Source: an uncultured bacterium (lineage in GTDB: Bacteria; Actinomycetota; Acidimicrobiia; Acidimicrobiales; RAAP-2). From it: a stretch of 53,276 bases of DNA. Position numbers and translations under genes: made by a program. The notes under the pieces were generated by a model, which was not told the origin of the DNA, did no database searches, and saw only the letters and a program-made list of their open reading frames with translations. Every line of letters begins with the position of its first letter. The first letter of the stretch is position 1. Location: contig CAWUMA010000001.1 of NCBI GenBank assembly GCA_963923835.1, positions 1-53,276 on the forward strand. Direction: 5' to 3'. Shown here piece after piece: positions 50,259 to 53,276 of this stretch.

Positions 50259-51536
50259 GTGCCCGCAACCGTCGTCGTAGGGACCCAGTGGGGGGACGAG
50301 GGCAAGGGCAAACTCACTGACCTTCTCGCCCGCGACATGGATCTGGTGGTCCGCTACCAGGGTGGCCACAACGCGGGACACCGCATCGTCGTGGGCGGTG
50401 AGACGTTCGCCCTCCAACTCGTTCCGTCGGGGATTCTGTACGCGAACGTCACCCCGGTCATCGGCAACGGGGTCGTGGTCGATCCCGCCGTGCTGCTCGC
50501 CGAACTCGACGCGCTCATCGCCAAGGGAGTCGACGTGTCACGGCTCGTGGTGTCGGGTAACGCGCACCTGATCATGCCCTACCACCAGGAAATCGACCGG
50601 CTCACCGAGCGCCACCTCGGCAAGAACGCCCTCGGTACCACCAAGCGCGGCATCGGGCCGGCCTACGCCGACAAGGCATCGCGAGTGGGTCTGCGCGTGC
50701 AGGACCTGCTCGACCCCAAAATCTTCCGGGAAAAGCTCGACGTGGCTCTGAAGGAGAAGAATCAAATTCTGACCCGCGTCTACAACCGTCCGGCCATCAA
50801 GGCCGACGAGTTGGCTTCGCGCTACCTCGAGGAATTGGCGCCGCGTATCGCACCGATGATCGGTGACACCGTCGCGTTGATTCACGACGGCCTCGCCGCG
50901 GGGAAGAACATCCTGCTCGAGGGGGCCCAGGCGACCTTCCTCGACCTCGACCACGGCACCTACCCCTTCGTCACCTCCTCCAATCCGGTGGCCGGCACGG
51001 CCGCGGTGGGTTCGGGTCTGGGTCCGCGTGACCTCTCCCGAATCGTGGGAATCGCCAAGGCCTACATCACCCGCGTGGGAGCCGGCCCCTTCCCGACCGA
51101 ACTCGACGGTGAGTTGGCCGAACTGCTCGTCAAGCGGGGCCACGAGTTCGGCACCAACACGGGTCGCCGCCGCCGGGTCGGCTGGTTCGACGCCGTGATG
51201 GCTCGACAGGCCGCTCGGCTGAACTCGCTGACCGAAGTGGCCCTCACGAAGCTCGATGTGCTCGACACGTTGGACGAGATCAAGGTCTGCGTCGCCTACG
51301 AAGCCGGCGGTCAGCGGTACGAGCACCCGCCGTATCACCAGTCGGTGCTGCACGAGGTGACCCCCGTGTACGAAACGTTGCCGGGTTGGCGCACCGACAT
51401 CTCGGGCTGTACCCGATGGGAGGAACTCCCCGACGCGGCCCGCGACTACGTGGCGTTCCTCGAGCGCATCACCGGCGTGCCCATCCGCACCGTGGGCGTC
51501 GGACCGGGTCGCGAACAGTTCGTCAACCCCTCGTGA
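50259..51536 (+). CDS. purA: Adenylosuccinate synthetase
   Basis: [50 protein letters not shown]. Confidence 0.98.
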   Translation: MPATVVVGTQWGDEGKGKLTDLLARDMDLVVRYQGGHNAGHRIVVGGETFALQLVPSGILYANVTPVIGNGVVVDPAVLLAELDALIAKGVDVSRLVVSGNAHLIMPYHQEIDRLTERHLGKNALGTTKRGIGPAYADKASRVGLRVQDLLDPKIFREKLDVALKEKNQILTRVYNRPAIKADELASRYLEELAPRIAPMIGDTVALIHDGLAAGKNILLEGAQATFLDLDHGTYPFVTSSNPVAGTAAVGSGLGPRDLSRIVGIAKAYITRVGAGPFPTELDGELAELLVKRGHEFGTNTGRRRRVGWFDAVMARQAARLNSLTEVALTKLDVLDTLDEIKVCVAYEAGGQRYEHPPYHQSVLHEVTPVYETLPGWRTDISGCTRWEELPDAARDYVAFLERITGVPIRTVGVGPGREQFVNPS

Positions 51537-52783
51537 CGCGCTGCGTCGTCGTGGGGGCGGGTGCCCGCGAACACGCCATCGCCCACGCTCTGCGCGACGT
51601 CTTCGACGTCGTGGTGACCCCCGGAAACGCCGGCATCGCCGCTCACGGAATTGCGTGCAGCGAGGAGAAGCCCGAGCAGTTGCAACCCGACCTCGTGGTC
51701 ATCGGGCCCGAAGCGCCGCTCGTCAACGGCCTGGCCGATTCATTGCGGGCCCGGGGAATTCCCGTGGTTGGCCCCGGATCCCAAGGGGCGCGACTCGAAG
51801 GGTCGAAGGCCTACCTGAAGGAGTTTCTCCAGGCAGCCGAAGTGCCCACCGCGGCGTACGGCATCTTCACCGATTTGGACGAGGCCGGTCGCTACTTGGC
51901 CGACTCCCGCCCGCCCTTCGTCGTCAAGACCGATGGACTGGCCGCCGGAAAGGGCGTCCTCGTCACGACTTCTCTCGACGAGGCACGGGCCGACGTCGCA
52001 GCCAAGTTGAGCGGTGATGCGTTCGGCGAGGCCGGTACCACGGTCGTGATCGAAGAAGGTCTCGAGGGGGTGGAGTGTTCGCTCCTGGCCCTGTGTGACG
52101 GCGAGAAGGTGGTGCCGCTGGTCGCAGCGCAGGACTTCAAGCGGGTGGGAGACGGGGGCACGGGCCCCAATACCGGTGGCATGGGGGCGTACGCGCCGAT
52201 GGATCTCCCCGCCGGCTTCGTCGACGACATCGTCGAGCGCTTCTTCAACCCCACGGTGACCGAACTTCGTCGGCGGGGCATCGATTTTCGTGGTGTCCTC
52301 TACGCCGGCCTGATGCTGACCGAGCGTGGGCCGTATCTGCTCGAATACAACGTCCGCTTCGGCGATCCCGAAACCGAGGTGCTCGCCCCCCTTTACGGAC
52401 CGGGTCTCGGCGAACTCTTGCTCGGCTGCGCTCACGGGGCCCTCGGACCCGCCCCGGCCATCACGAACGCAGCGGTGACAGTGGTCCTGGCCTCGTCGGG
52501 GTACCCCGGGGGTTCACGGTCGGGGGACCTCATTGAGGGTCTCGGCCCTGACGGACAACTAATCGAGCCTCACGAGGGGGTCACGGTGTTTCACGCCGGA
52601 ACGCGCCGCCGAGCCGATGGGCGCTTCGAAACCAACGGAGGCCGGGTGGTCGCCGTGACCGGAACCGCCCCCACGGTGGCGCAGGCCCGTGAACGCGCCT
52701 ATCGGGCGGCCGCGCTCGTAACCTTTGAGGGACGGGTGTGGCGCCGTGACATCGCGGCGTCGACGACGCAAGGAGGATCATGA
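51533..52783 (+). CDS. purD: Phosphoribosylamine-glycine ligase
   Basis: [58 protein letters not shown]; start GTG 51533. Confidence 0.96.
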   Translation: MTRCVVVGAGAREHAIAHALRDVFDVVVTPGNAGIAAHGIACSEEKPEQLQPDLVVIGPEAPLVNGLADSLRARGIPVVGPGSQGARLEGSKAYLKEFLQAAEVPTAAYGIFTDLDEAGRYLADSRPPFVVKTDGLAAGKGVLVTTSLDEARADVAAKLSGDAFGEAGTTVVIEEGLEGVECSLLALCDGEKVVPLVAAQDFKRVGDGGTGPNTGGMGAYAPMDLPAGFVDDIVERFFNPTVTELRRRGIDFRGVLYAGLMLTERGPYLLEYNVRFGDPETEVLAPLYGPGLGELLLGCAHGALGPAPAITNAAVTVVLASSGYPGGSRSGDLIEGLGPDGQLIEPHEGVTVFHAGTRRRADGRFETNGGRVVAVTGTAPTVAQARERAYRAAALVTFEGRVWRRDIAASTTQGGS

Positions 52784-53238
52784 TTCCCCGCTACGCCCCC
52801 GCCGACGTCGCCGCCCTGTTCAGCGACGAACACCGTTTCGACACGATGCTCGAGGTGGAAATTCTGGCCGCCGAGGCACTCGCCGAGTCGGGTGTGGTGC
52901 CCGCCGACGCCGCCGCGGCCCTGCGCGCGCGCCGGCCGGTGGTCGACGCTGCCTTCGTTGCAGCCGTCGCCGAACGTGAAGCGGTGACGAATCACGACAC
53001 GGCCGCCTTCGTCGACGTGGTGCAGTCACGAATTGGTGCTCCCGAGGGCGCGTGGATTCACTACGGACTCACCTCGTCCGACGTGGTCGACACCGCACTG
53101 TGCGCCGTGCTGGCCCGAGCGATGGATGTCGTGATTGCCGAAGCCACGTCGCTGCGTGACGCGTTGGCGACTCGCGCCCGCGAGAGCGCTCACATTCCCG
53201 TGACCGGACGTACGCACGGCATGCACGCCGAGCCCACG
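52780..53238 (+). CDS. purB: Adenylosuccinate lyase, 5' part, truncated at the contig end
   Basis: Not in the ORF track. SD AGGAGG; [57 protein letters not shown]. Confidence 0.95.
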
Positions 53239-53276
53239 AGACGGACTCCTATCTCGTATGCCGTCTTCTGCTTGAA
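53228..53276 (+). other. Illumina Nextera i7/P7 adapter (sequencing artefact)
   Basis: CCGAGCCCACGAGAC + 8-nt index GGACTCCT + ATCTCGTATGCCGTCTTCTGCTTG + AA. Confidence 0.97.

Overview
High-GC actinobacterial chromosomal segment, most consistent with class Acidimicrobiia (inferred from gene content, order and protein style). It has three parts. (1) 1-18.8 kb is core: murJ (partial), DUF6049-like protein, CCA-adding enzyme, ino1-padR, DUF5318, panB, rpsF-ssb-rpsR-rplI, dnaB, two SDRs, a 50-aa small ORF missed by the ORF track, rlmN, an MFS transporter, a 2-oxoacid dehydrogenase E1a/E1b/E2 cluster and bcp. (2) About 18.9-38.3 kb looks accessory and ends at tRNA-Gly(CCC). It holds a Cys-repeat secreted protein, a GH20 hexosaminidase, two paralogous secreted proteins flanking an alkyl sulfatase/phosphotransferase/Rv3169-like/GNAT/DUF1254 block, a membrane protein that looks like a Mur ligase lacking its ATPase domain, and a peptide-type ABC system with a large non-lipoprotein binding protein. 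(3) 38.5-53.2 kb is core: dcd, a FadF-like Fe-S protein, amtB with GlnR boxes plus a PII with degenerate effector-binding residues, gpmA, dnaK-grpE-dnaJ-hspR-clpB with a HAIR site, and purA-purD-purB. The last ~49 nt match an Illumina Nextera adapter and are not genome. I found no CRISPR array, integrase, transposase or prophage. The best novelty candidates are the degenerate PII, the truncated Mur-ligase-like gene divergent from the atypical ABC importer, the paralog-flanked sulfatase block, and the duplicated C-terminal tail of the CCA enzyme. All family assignments come from motif recognition by eye, not database searches.
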